Of a stretch of 64,000 bases of DNA, positions 47,337-62,300 are shown in pieces. The position numbers were made by a program, and so were the translations under genes. This stretch comes from an uncultured virus (IMG/VR IMGVR_UViG_3300030685_000002) (Duplodnaviria > Heunggongvirae > Uroviricota > Caudoviricetes): the IMG/VR virus record IMGVR_UViG_3300030685_000002. One strand, given 5' to 3'. Positions within the stretch are counted from its first letter, which is position 1, and each line of letters starts with the position of its first letter. Under the pieces are notes generated by a model. That model worked only from the letters and a program-made list of their open reading frames with translations. It was not told the DNA's origin and searched no databases.

Positions 47337-50300
47337 ATGGCTAACCAAGAACAAGAACAAACACAACCAGTAGTACCAACACTTGAAGAAAAATATCAAG
47401 CACAGTCTAGTGATGCATTTGTAGATCAAGAAGGAAATTATCAAGGAACAGTTGATGTAGTTGGAGATGCTTTAAAGAATAAGCAATCCACTGCAGATAT
47501 ACTTACCTCTATGGCGCATTCTGAACAGCCTATTTTCAACGATGTAAACTATTATGTAGACAAGTATTCAAAAGAAAAAAATCCTCTTGATACAGACGCT
47601 ATACCAGCAAGTCAAATAGTAAAAACTTATAATCAAGCAAAAATACAAAATGCTAAGAAAGTAAGTTTAAATAAACGTGGTGTTGATTTGGCCGCATTAA
47701 AATTTCAGAATGATGTACAATCACCGGAAGTAAGTGGTCGTTCAATGTCTGATAAGTATCTTGGCAATGTAAAAGACCTTACACCTTCTTATGCACCTTA
47801 TCATGATATTTTTCGTAATGAAGATAATGAACGTGGTACCGGTGAAGAACGTGCTTCTGCTGCTCCATATATTTTAAAGAATGGTAAACGTATTCCTAAC
47901 CCAGGTAAGGATGGAATGGATAAAATGTTTGGTGATGGTAAAGCAGTTGTAACAACTACTATTGACCCTACTAATGGACGTGAAGTATTTGATGTACTAC
48001 CATCAGATGCTTTTGTTGCAGGAGATAGACAGTATTCAACTAAGTGGGGTCCAAAAGAAACATTCGGTAGTTCTATTAAAGATTTCTTTGTAGGAGCTTA
48101 CAGTGCTGCAACCGCCGGTACTATGAGTTCCTTTTCTTCTGTTGGTGCTCTTTTTAATAATGCAATGAATCATGATGAAACTTATCTTTATAAACAAGGT
48201 AATGAAGCCATTCAAAAGCATTATGATAAGGTACGTGCTGCTAACCTAGCGCAAGGTAATACAAAAGCTGTAGAAGAACTTGATAAAGCATTTGAATCAG
48301 GAGATTATACCGCCATGAATCAAGCATTCAATTATTCTTATAGTTCACTTCCATCCAATGTAGGTAATTCATTACGTAGAGAAGCACAACCATTGAATTG
48401 GGCGAAAGGTGACAAAGCACTACAAGATTATTTCAATGAATGGAAACAAGCAGAGTTTAAACAATCAGCATCAACAGAACAAGGAACTGGTGCTATTGAT
48501 TGGATGGTACGTCAAGCTCCGACACTTGGTTATCTTCTTCCTCAGATAGCTGTAGGTATGGCTTCGGGTGGTGCTATGTCCGCATTAGAAGGAACTGCTG
48601 CATTTGCCGGTAAAAGTGTTGCAACAAAAGCTTTGCAGTATGGTACTGAGTTTCTAGTAAATGCTATTGGTACTTCACAGTCTTATAGTTCATTTCAACG
48701 TGTAGCTGATGAAAATGGTGTTAGTCCGGAAACAACTGCTAAATTTGGATTCTTTGCTTTACCATTGACATACGTTACTGAACATTTTACAAATAAATGG
48801 ATTGGTGAACAACTAGGACCAAACATTGCTGAAAAGGCTATGAGAGAAATCTATGCTCCAATGGCTCAAAAATTAGCTGCTAAAGAAGCTGCCGGTACAC
48901 TTACTGACAAGACTATTAAAGAAGCTGTTTACGATAGTTTCTCTAAGATATACAATAGCAAATTCATTAAAGGTATTGTTGACAATGAAAGTTATCTTGC
49001 TAATGTAGCCAAAGCAAATGTTAGTGAAGTCTTTCAAGAAAATTTTGAGCAAGCATTATACAATACTGTTCAAATGCAAGTTGATAAAGCTGCTCCAGCA
49101 TATTCCGAAGTTGGTAATGGACAGATAGGTACTACTGGTGTATTTGAAGGATTTTCAGATACTTCTTTAGGAACCATATTTGCTACTACTTTAATGACTG
49201 CTATTACTGGTGCTGTTCCTCACGTAATCAAAAAGATTAAAGGTATTCCCGACAGTAAAACAGAAACTCAACAAAAAGAATTACTGAAATGGAAAGTTCT
49301 GAAAGGCCAAGGTGATGAACTTATCAATATAGCTACTGATCATATTCAGAAACCTGATGGTGGTATGTGGGGAGTGAAAGATATCCTTATCAAAGATGCT
49401 ACTGTAGGAGAACAATTTGATCCAAGTTTATTCTCAGTACCTAAGAGTCCATCTCTACAAAAATTGGGATATCAAGAGGGACAATTAATCGACAACTTCG
49501 CTGAAATGAGGTATGTCGAATTTGTGCAATTAGTGGACTCGTATAAAGAGTTGAATGAAAGTATGGGGTTGAATGATGTTGATAGAAACATTCTTTCTCA
49601 GGCTGGATTTGATGGTCAGATATCATTAAACAAATCTGGTCAAGCTTTCATGGATATGCGCGATAGTAAAGCTGCTATTGAATCATTTCAACCAAAAGAA
49701 GCAGGTGCTACTGCTACTGATGAACAGATTGCTCAACTTCAAAAAGAAAATGAAGAAGCTAAGCAACCATTAGTTGATAAGTATAATAAAGCTTTATCTG
49801 AATACGAGTATTATACTAAACGTGAAGAGGGAACTCAAAACTCTAAAGCGGCCAATGACTTGATGAAACGTAACGTTACCGTTATGAAACAAGTTGAAAT
49901 GGAAATGCAAGCTCTTACTAACTCAAAAGAGTTTACTCGGGAGATGAAAAACGATCCTAACTTCCAACGTCAATATGCTGCATCATGGGAGAATGTAATT
50001 AAGAAGAACTTTACGTATGAAAACATTGAGAACTTACGTCAACGTGTAGATGAAGCTGCACAAGCTCAACAGACACATGCTAATGCCATTATTAATGATA
50101 TAGATAACCAAACTACTCATGCAACATTATCGAGTGATTTAAATGCCTTACAACAACGAATAGGTGATACTCTTTCAAAACCGTATAATGAAGCTGAGCA
50201 TAAATCATTGATTACTGATGTTGCCGGATTGTCTAATCGTTTAGCTAAAGAATTATCTGTATTCAATGACCAAACAAGTGGAAATGTATTTGGTACTACA

Positions 50301-53300
50301 ATGGATAATAGTAAACTTGATGAACTTAAAAATAAGTTTTCATCAATGTATGATGCTGCAAAAGGACTTACTTCTAATATCGCTCAGCAAGCAGAAGGTA
50401 AGATTCTTACTCCGGCCAATGAAAAAATTGATATGTATGGTAAACGTGTTGCTGAATTGGAACCATTCATTACTACTAAACAATCTGAATATGATGCTCA
50501 ATTAGAAACTATCAATTCTTTACCGGCGGAAACCAGCGATGAACAACGTCAACAAGAAACTGATAAGCTAAATGCTATTCAACAAGAATTGAAACATTAT
50601 CAAGATGAAAGTCAAACTGCTGCAGAAGAAGTAGGAAAAGCCGAACGTACAATTGAAAGTTTTGATGATGAACAATTCTCTCATGATAATCAGTTGAATG
50701 CTGCTGCACGCGCGCTGGGACTTGAAAACGTAAATAATCAATACTCTTCATTTAATGGGAAAGGTAAACTTCCATTTATGCGTATTGATGGACAGACATT
50801 AGAACATGCTAATGAAACTCCGGAACAATTTCAAAAACGTATTAAACTAATGCGTGAACAGAATACTCCAAATGGTAAAACATTTTTGAGTAATTACTTC
50901 ACAGAATTACAAGATACGATGAAAGAAGCTGAGGTATGGATTAATTCAGTTCTTACTGACCAGGGAGAAACTTATAAGAAAGAATATCCTGATGGTAAAT
51001 TTTATGGTACTAATGGTTCTGAAATCATTCGTCAAGAGATTGATAGAGTAAAAAAGAATGAACATTTCCTTTATACTTTCAAGACTTCTGAACGTATTGC
51101 TAATGAAAAGAAAGTAAGTGATCATCAGTCACAACCGGAACGTGAATTTGTTTCTGAATTGGCAAGTAAAAATGCTAATGGTAACAATACCTATGAGATT
51201 CAATTACGTGATGCTATACGTATGGCTGATGAACTTGCAAGTAAGATTGATGGTGCTGACTTGGCCAATCAAATGTTACGTTTGCATAGTCGTGTTATCA
51301 TTCATGAGAATACATTCAAGAGTGTTCAATTATTTACTACTCTTGGATTACGTCGTTCTGATGGCACGCAAATAATCAGTCAGAACTTAATTGAAGAATT
51401 AAATGCTATTGGAGAACTTGATCCATCTATTCTTGATGCAAAAGGACAACTTACCGAAGCACAACTTACTCAGTTATCTAAAAGAGAGAATATCGTAAAC
51501 AATATCCTTTCTGAAATGAATGTCGAATATAATAAAGAAAATTCTGAATTATTTTCTAAGGACAATCAAGATTTGTTGTTTGAGATATTCCGTGAGTTTT
51601 ATGTTGCCAATGATTCTATTGGAGAAGATGGAAAAGTACTTAATTCAGAAGGTACTCTTTTACATGCTGATGATTCATCTTCACATATTGGAGAGAATGG
51701 TTCATTGACAAATTCTACTCGTGAACTACATGCCCGTAATCCATTATTTACTATGGAGAATGTTGGTGGTGTTTCCAAACGTAAATACAATTTTTCCAGT
51801 TCTAATGCAAATGATATTACCCGACTGCGCGAACACTTGAACACGCTTATCTGGATAGGTAGTAAATACAGTATGAACGATATGTTCAAGATACGAAAAA
51901 TGATATTTACTAATGAGTCAAATACACCATTAGAAACGGGAGAACAAGAAGCTGCAATCAATTCAATAGTTGGACTTTTAAGCAATAAAACGCTTACAAG
52001 TCCTTTGTCGTTATTTGCAAATTACTTTTTACCTATGCATTCAATAGCTACTGAGAAGGGTGGCCATCACTTCATAGAAAGCTATCTAAGCAATGCATTG
52101 ACTATTGGTGGAGATTATGGTACTGGAAAGACTCAGTTCACTGTAGGAAGAGCATTTAGAATACTTCGCGGACTTGATGGATATAGTACTGATAAGAAAT
52201 CATCAGTAGGTAAACTAACAGTAGTAAGTATTACGGAAGAACTTTCTAAGGTACATAAACAATCTTTTGGTGCTGAAAATCCAACAGTAATATCATATAC
52301 TGATTTTATCAAAGGAATGAAGAGTATGAATACTACAGAAGGAAATACTTATGTTATTGATGAAGCATCACTTGTTTCTGAAAATGAAATGAAAGCTATC
52401 AAAGAACATTTTGTAAATACAAAAGCCAAATTAGTATTCATGGGTGATGTATTCCAAATGCGTGATGCAGGTTCTGTAGGTCATTATCCTTTGATGATGT
52501 TGCAGACAATGACTACGCACATGCTTACTGAACAATTTAGTGCTACTTCTCCATTACTTCGTCAACTTGCAGAAGCATGTCGCCCGGCTATTGGTGCCAT
52601 TGGTAGAATAGTAAAGTTTGATAAGGTGACAGAAGATATAAGTGGTAAGACTAAATTAGGAGCGCGTTTCTTTGCATCACACATGGATGTATGGAACTCG
52701 TTCATAGATGGTCTTGCTACCAATCCGGATAGAGCAGCTATTTTCTTAGATCAGGATGCACTGGATGCGTTTACTAAAGACAATGATACACTTAAAAAAC
52801 AAATAGAAGCAAATAAGGATAAAATCTATTTTGCTTTACGTCGCGGTGTCAATGATAATAAACTACTGCAAGGATTACGTCAGAAAGAAATCTATGCTGT
52901 ATTCAGACAGTCTGATAGTAGTCAGATAGCAAAACCTATTACTACAAGTTTAATGGCCTCAGCACTTTATACTGCTATTGGTCGTTCTAGCTCTTGGTAT
53001 GGTATGGTTGGTGATACTTCTTTGAATGTTGACCGTTCTCTTGCTGCATCTACTGGTTTACCGGAAGAAGCATTGAATGCTATTCAGCTACAACAAAAGG
53101 AAAAATTCAGAGCTATTGAAACATTGCGTTTACAGGGTTTAAATACTGATATGAATAGTATGAGTATGGAAGCACAGAAAGTGGCAACAGCACCTATTGC
53201 TAACCCTACAGTGACCACTCCAAACCCTAGTAATAATAATCAGAATCAAACTTCGGGTAAAGAGGTAGGATTAAAGATTAATTACTTTAATGCTGATGGT

Positions 53301-56300
53301 GATTTAATAGATACTGCAACAGTAGATGCTGATTGGGAAATAAAGAAAGTTGGTAATCGTGATGTCCTTTCTATTAATTGGAATGGTCAAACAAAATTCA
53401 ATAATACTATTGATCCAAATATTTCAATTAAAGATAATCTTATCAAACATATTACGGGTTTTGAAAGTATTCTTCGTACAAGTCAATCAACAGAGAATCC
53501 TATTACATTAGTAGAAGAAAATTCTGTTGAAGATTATGAACATAAAGGAACTGCATTAAAGGTTGGTGAAAGTTATTATGACAATAATGAAAAAGACATA
53601 TTTCAATTATTATCTATCAATGAATCTGTATTCTCTGATGGCTCTACTCAGTATGAGATAACCGGTATATACCCTGACGAAAATCAAACAGTATCAACAG
53701 TACTTTCAGATAACGAAGATTTCTCGGTACCTACTGCAATCATTGAAGAAGTGAAACCAGTTGTTCCAAATGAAGTAAGTCAGTTATCGCGTGAACGCTT
53801 CTTGAACAACTCTACTGCTATATTCGATAAGAACAAAAACAAGTCACATATTTTCTGGGCTACCAGTGCTACTTTAGTTGGTGCTAGCGATAGTTTAAGT
53901 CAAGAGAATGGTAAGTTACGTCGTGCAATAAATGACGCCTTTATATCGAACCTATCACAGTATAAACATTTGTTTCAATTAAAAGCTGAGAAACAAAATA
54001 CTACCGGATGGGATAAGGATAATAAGACTGCAAAGTACGATATGATTGTTCTTTCTTTTGATCCAACTAACAAAGGATTGGTAGGAGAACAGTTACAAGC
54101 CATTCAAGATATCTTTATGGGAACTATTGCTGAGGATTATGTAAATGCCATTATTAAAAAGCATTCAGTAAATCCTAATGGTACATCTATAAAAGCAATG
54201 GATATACCAGTATATTCTATCATCAATGACATATTTACTACTCCGGGATTAAATGGTGGTAAGTTTTCCAATGCTATTGGTTCTATGACTCTACCATCAG
54301 TTATTAGTATTGATGGAAGTGGTAAGATTTCTTATACTTCATTTGATGTAAAGGAAACTGAACTTGAAAAACAGAAAACTGAGAAACAACGACTAGTAGA
54401 TGCATGGAATGCTGTTATCAATAATCCTATTTTCGCACCGGTTCAATCTGAATTGATTAAACAACGTGATATGAACATGTCTATCTATGATACTCATGCA
54501 AGTATTACTGATAAGGTAAATGTTGATTTTCATGATATGGGTATTCGTAAAGTAGAGTATTCAAATAATGAAAGTGATTTGACAACGGTAACTGATTTGT
54601 TGAAAGACTTCCCTGGCGCACAAACTGATATAACTCCATTGTATATTGATGGCAGATTACGTTTAAATGTTCAATTAAATAGTAATGAAAGTATTCGTTT
54701 AGTAGTACAAATGCCTAAGTTTAGCCAGTCTATTACTAGCAAGAATGAAACCATTAAACAGCGCGCAAATGCTTCTATGGATTCTATCATTGGACGTATT
54801 AAGGCAGAAGAGGACTTTATTTCACAAGAAATATTATCATCTACTATTTTATCAGATGAACAAAAGTGGAAAGCCAAACAAACAGCATTCTCAAAAACTA
54901 CTATTTATAAATTATTGCGCGCGAACCTTTCTACTTTAAAGAACTCTACTCAGGCAACTGATAAAGCAATCTTTGCATTTATTAAGATTCAGCAAAAAAG
55001 TAAAACATTCTTGGATATCAATCTTGATTCTTTCAAGACAGATAAAGATCGTAATAGTGGTTTTGATTCACAGTATAAAGAACTAAGTGATTTTCTTTCT
55101 AAGAAAGATAATCTTGCTATGTCCGGATTATATGATTTCTTGACATTAAACAATGAAACTTATACTACTCATGTTAGTGGTAAAGAAACTATTGATATGC
55201 TTAATGTACAAGCTTTGGGCATAAACAATAAATCATTCTATGTAGGTCTTGATAAAGTAGAACCAATAACTTCACCAACTCCACCAGTAAATAAACCGGG
55301 AAAGAAAAAACTTCCAAATATAGGACTTGAAGAAACACAATACTCTTCTCCTGATGTAGAACCTATACAACAGTCAATAGACCGTGTTGCTTTACGTTTA
55401 GGACAGTCTTATACTGAATCTGAACTATTCCTTACACAAGAAGGAAAGATTCGTTTAAATGGTCTTACTGCAAGTGGTATGGTACAAGATAATACTATCA
55501 TGACATTAGCAGCAGAGAATGGTATGATGCCACGTTCTACAGTTGACCATGAAGTATTACATGTTGTCTATCGTAACTTCATAAATACTGATGCTAAAGC
55601 AATGCTATTACAAGCGGCCCAGGTAATCAACAAGTATGAACAAGGAACACCTATCAATGGTGATAAAGAACTTGAAGAATGGATTGCTCGTGATTATGCA
55701 AAACAAGAACGTGCGACTACTAAAGACAAGAATGTAAATATTGCTTTGCGTTTATACAATCAGTTCAAGAGTTTCTTGAAAGATATCGTTATGGGACTTC
55801 GCGGTGTATATGGTTCAAACAAACAGTTGAAGAACTTATACAATCAAATAAACAATGGCGAGTTTGCTAATAGGGTTCCAGAAATGAATACTGAAAAATC
55901 AGATATTGCTTTTGAAGAATATGAAAGTGATACTACTTCTGAAGAAACAGTACAATCAACAAATGAAAGTTCTAGCAAACGATTACTTATTGCCAGTCAG
56001 ATGGAAGAAGCATTAAAGAAAGAACTTTACAATACTGAATCATTAGTTATTGCTAAGTCCGGACTAAGAATGTCTATACTTCAAAACTCTATTTTCTCCA
56101 ATACAAAAAACAGTAATATTAATTCATTATCGGAAAGTATTAATTCTATTATTGAAGAAGGAAAAGAATATCAAGAATTGTATGGTGAAACTATGGCCAC
56201 TGTTATTACTCAAAATGAACAAGGAGAACTTGAAGAAAATGAAATGGCAGTAAAAGATATTGTTGAGAATGGAGAACCTTTGAATATTAAACTTTCTGAT

Positions 56301-59300
56301 ATCAATGGCCGGAATAGTATTGATGCATACAAAATCTATTCTGATAAAAATATTAGAATGATTGTGCAGACTATGCTTCCATCATATGATATGATGAATG
56401 ACTCATTTGAAAAAGAAGTGGGTGCCGGTGAACGTTTTGATTGGGATGGTTATTCTTCTGAACAGAATGTTTCCGATATACAAAAACTATATCTTAGTTC
56501 TATACCACTTATCAATACAAATGGTAGTGCTGTATTTGATGCCCGCGGAAAAGTAAAGTTCTTAGATCAGAAACAAGTTCATTCATTGATGATAGACCTT
56601 GGTATGCGAGTAAGTCAAATGGATGGTGTTACTGATAAAGTATCTGCATTAAAATCTATTATGGAAGGATTCATTGATAATTCTGAAATTGATGAATCAA
56701 ACAGATATTTGAATCCGGCAGCCGAAGTAATTCATAGCATGTACAACTACATGTTTGAAGCAAAAGGTAAAGGAACTGATTTCTCACTTGACTATTCTAA
56801 TCATTATATCTCAGAAGAAAACTATGATGGTCGTTATAAAGGACTACTTGAACGTTCTTATCAAAATGAACAAGAATGGAAACAAGAAGTAGGAGCGCAG
56901 AACTCTGATGCTACATGGTCATGGGATGCTAAACAAGAAGATCAAAAACGTAAGATAGAACAGGCTAAAGACCTTTTAAATTCATTGGTAAGTGTATATA
57001 CTTCTTTCAATGTAAAAGACCAGGTTAAGTTCACTTACTATGATGATACTATGAAGTCTACTCATTACTATAAAGACTTTTGGAGAGGTACCGCCGAAGA
57101 GATTAAACGTATTCAAGGATATAAGATTTTGAATGGTGAGTTGAACACAAATTCAATATCATTCTTTAAAGAAAATATGTCTATTGACTATACTGATATT
57201 AAGGTAAGCCGGTATAATAATGTTACTAATAAAACTAGTTTCTTAAAATACGAAAATGGTAGATTCAAATTTGCAAATAAAGAAGGTGTTATTGCTACAT
57301 CTAAAAAGTTTGGTAATACTACTATGTCACCTTTCTCTACTGATATGCTTAATACCAAAGGAGAATACGCGCATATAGTAGACATCTTTAATCGTATCAA
57401 AGGACAGTTTGCATTAAAAGGTGTTACTCCGGCCATGTTCAAGAGTCTTATGGTTGCTAATAGTTGGTCAGAGGTTACTGATAATATGAAAACTATTAAT
57501 AAGATTGGATATGTAAGTAATTTCAATTCTGAGATACAAGCCAATTATGCTACTCCATCAGATTTTATGGCTGATTATTTAGGTGCCATGATTACATTGT
57601 ATAATCAATATTCTAAAAACTATACAGAAGAAACTTTAAAAGCTAATGAGGACATTAATAAACCGGCTAAGAAAGTTATCATACAACGTAACCTATTAAA
57701 TCATATTCGATATAATACAAAAGAAAGTTTATCACCATTGACACGCATCCAGAGTATTACCGGAAGTGATATAGTTCTTGGCTTCCTAAATAGAACAACA
57801 CCAAAGAACCTTATTACTTTTGAAGTACAACCTGACATTGTAGAAAATGAAGAGATAACTAATGATGTATCTTCTATGAGATATGTTACTCCGGAAGATA
57901 TGTTTGTATCATCAAATATGATTGCTTCTATACAGCAGAAACTAGGTGGACAAACAAATGATACCCATCGTTACACAGCTAAGGGTACAGCCACTTATTC
58001 AGTTGCTTTAAAGACTACACTCAATGAAGAGTTTGATGCCTTTAAACAAGACCCTACAGATACAACTAAGATTACTGGCTTTATAGAAAGTATCGGAGAA
58101 AACCGTTCACTTGGATTTACTTCTATTGGAAAAACAAAAATTGATACTTCTGACTTCATTGACACGAGTATCAACATGTTTATGCAAGAAATGGTAAAAT
58201 CAAAAGCTCGGCCGGTTATTTATGTTCCTACTACAACAGTATCGGATACTGGTAAAATAATCTTTGCCAAAGTAGAGTCAACACTTATCAATACCGATAA
58301 TGGTTTTAATATTGATTATTCAGTTGCCGGAACAGAAGTATTACGTGAATACGATAAAATCAAAAAACGTATTAATACTTCACGTTCAAATCTGAACAAC
58401 GCACTTATGGAGATAAACAAATCATTATCTACCAAAACGAAGTTCTTGAATGCACCGGCAGAAAATAATGAAGCTCATTTTACCAAAGGATTACGTAAAC
58501 AGATGATTGATGTTTCCAAAGAAGCTCAAGCAAATGGTACTTTTGACCAATTACGTAATATGTTTGATGCAACTTCTCTTACTAAAGATTTAAGCGGTAA
58601 AGGAAGTTATGAACTTTCTTATGAAACAGTTGATGGTATTGATGTCATTATACCAGGTAATGCAGTAACCGGTAAAATAGATCAATTCAATATGATTAAT
58701 AAACAATCAAAAATTGAAAAGATTAGAAGTCTTACTAATGATGTAAAGAGTGGAAAAGTAGAAAGTCTTCCTAAATTGGAAAGAGCTATCATGCGGTTAT
58801 TTGAAAATGACTTTGCTAAGTTTACTGATATGATTGCGAACTATGGTTTTAAACCGGTTCAGTCAATGAATAATCTTACCAAAAATACTATTGGTGATAA
58901 AAACCCAACAAATACTACTGATAAGAATCCGTATTATCAACAACTTGAAAAATCAGAGATACGTTTTAATCAACCTATGTTTGGTTTCTATATGGCTACT
59001 ATGTTTGCCAATAATCATATTGATGATTTTTCATTGAATCCATTCTCTTTCAAGAACTATCTTGATAAGGTAAAACGTAATGGTCCTATTCATACACCGG
59101 CACAAAGTGTACTTACCCAAGGAACGAAAGAAGTTGTACAGAATAATGTAAGATATCAATTACATACACCTACATTGACTACAGAAAGTCCTATTGTATT
59201 CTATAGGGATAATATGGTTGATGGTGGTAATACTTATCAAGAAATTGATGGTCAAAAAGTATTGGCAAATAATGGTAATATGATGAAACCGGAAGATGGT

Positions 59301-62300
59301 CAGATAACTATTAATCCATTCCATTACTTGCAGACCTTAAACTCTATTGGTGGTACTAAAACAGTAATTGGTAATGCTTCCATGTATAAAGGTCTTACTA
59401 ACTTTCGAAGAGCTGATGGTACTTACTCACAGATTAAACGTGGGGATAAAGTCATTACTGGTTTTGATATGCAACATACCTACTACCGAAATATGTTTAT
59501 GCGTATGCTTGCTGAAACAGATCGTCAGTTAGTTGCTAGGGTTGGTGAAGAATCATTTAATGAAAACAAACTTTCATTTACTGATAAGTTCAAAGAATTG
59601 TATGATGATAAAAACAATCAAAAAGAGTTTAATGACATCATTGTAGATATGATGAACTGGATAGATAACCAACAATACTATCAAGATAGAATAACTATTA
59701 ATCCTGATGGTATAGAACGTGCCGGACACATGTACAATAGCATTGTGGCTTTCATGGCGCCAGTATCTACACAGAAAGGTTCAGTTACCTCAGTCAATAC
59801 TTACGATGCCTTAAATGACGTTGATTACAGTCAGCCATTAAACATGGATGTTGTGGATAATACCAAGACTAAGATAGTAATGAATCCATCACAAGATACT
59901 GATATCAATGCAAAACTGCAGGCAGCACCATCACAACAAGATGCTACCGGTTTAGGTGTTAGTAATAATCCTGAGATATCAAGTCTTTACAGTGCTTATA
60001 TGGAGAACAAACAAGGACTTCAAACAGCATTACGTAAAGAACTTGAAGAATCAATATCTAAGTATGGAGAAGTAGAAGCTGCAAAACAATTCAAAAATAT
60101 TGATTGGTCTAAGTATGATGTTTCTACACTTACCGAACAACAAAAATCAGAAATTGATCCAGCAATAAAACAATTGATGGACTTTATGCGTGATCGTGTA
60201 GTAAATAGCTTGCGTACTTCTGGACAAGATATGGCATTCATTGAATTATTCAGTGATATGGATGTTTCTATGCAATTGCCTATGATGCGTTCTAAAGTAC
60301 TACAGTCATACCGTAACATGGCCAATCAATCTATTCAAGCAAGAACAAAAGGTATTCGTCTTACACAAACTGTTGGAGAGTACTTAGAAGAGTTTGTACG
60401 TGATGGTAAGATATATTCTCGTAATGATGCTATTAATGAATTAAGACCCGGTACAAATTATCGTGACTATTCATTTGATGAATATAATAGTGATGCTATG
60501 AATCAAGAACTCGCTGCTGCAGGATTTACTATGCAACGATTACAAGATATGAATATCGTAAATGGTAAAACTACTGTTGGTCATATCTCCATGCCAAATG
60601 TATATGCTAAAGTATATGGTCATAGAAGTAATGAATCATTGATAGACATTCAACATATCAATTTGGGTACTGAAAGAATTGCATTGGACAGTTCTAATTT
60701 ATATGATAAATTAATGGCCGGTCTATCTGAGGATGCTGATATGTCATTGAATCAATGGAGTGCATTTGTAGACTCACCAATGATACGTAAAGCTATCAAA
60801 AACTTGAAAATAGAAACGTATGTTGATGAACTTATAAATCCTTCTGTTGATAATGATGGAAAGCGTTTTATCAGTAAACGTATTGCTAACTTGATTGATA
60901 GTACTAGAGAAATGACTACTGAGGAATTACAATCAGAAGTAAATGCTACTAATGAATCAATCTTAGAAGCTATCAATTCAATGGAACTGCAATCTACTGA
61001 CCTGGCTAATCCAGACAAAGTAATTGCTGCATTAATGGGTAGTGGTGAAATACTCGAACAAATTCTTACTGAAGCACAACAATTATTGAAAGATTTTGAA
61101 GAATCAAATACTTCATTCTTATCACGTGTTCCGGCAACGTTCTTAGGATCGGGTGGTGTGTTCAAAACAGCAATGTTTCATAATGGTGGTAACGTGGTTT
61201 ATATCCCAACGGGTATGACATTACGTAATGACTCCGATTATGATATTGATGCATTGACAATGTATTCTAATTCTCTTGATTCTAAAGGCCATATTATTCA
61301 AAAAGGTGCAGATGGTCATAGAAACAAAATGAATGCCTTACGTAACACTATTACGCTTCATAGTGGCAATCAAGAGTCTTTATTCCTTACCTCTTCATTA
61401 GATAAGATTAATGAAGTGATGAAACAGAAAGAAAAATTAGTAGATAATTTACAGAACAACTCTATTCGTTCTATCTATGAATCGTATTCAAGAAATAAAG
61501 CCGGTGCTGATGCTATTGGTATTCTTGCTAATTCATTGACAGTATCGTCCATTATTATTTCAAGCTCAGTAAATAAGTTTGTAGAAACTGGTACCCATTC
61601 TGGAATACAAAACTTTATCAATGAGAATGCACCTAAAGGTAAAATCAAGACCGGTCTGAATGGTTTTGTTATTGAACTAGGAACATGGGGACAAGGAGCA
61701 TTGGATAATGCCAAGAACAATACATTCGCGAACTACGCAATTAGTCCGGTTGGTATCAATATTCTTGCAGTACTGAAATTGAATGGTATGAATAATAGTG
61801 AAGTGTATGATTTCTTTAATAACAAGAATATACGTAATCTATTCCATACTTACTCTGGTAAGACTTCTATAATGACTAAGAGTGCTGACTTCAATCTTTG
61901 GAAGATGGCCTCAACAGAAGTGGATAAAATAGCTTCTCGTATTGAACATTTCAATAATACCAATGTATCTCAATGGTTAGAATCAAAAGGACTATCATGG
62001 AAAAGTAATGTTCATGATACAGAAAAGTATTCATTAGAACTTGAAACAACTGATGTATTATTACAACAGTCTATTGATGATCTTCTAATGAAAGAACTTA
62101 CTTCATATTATAAAAACAATAAAGAAGCATTCAAAAATAGTCCTTATGACTTTACTGGATCAGATAAAGAACAATTACTTCAACAATGGAAAAAAGATAA
62201 TGGATTTGATGATGAAAACCTATTTACTTATAAGAACAATAAAATTGTTTTTGATAAAACTGATGTATCGAATTTTGATATTAAAGACTTGGATAGCATT

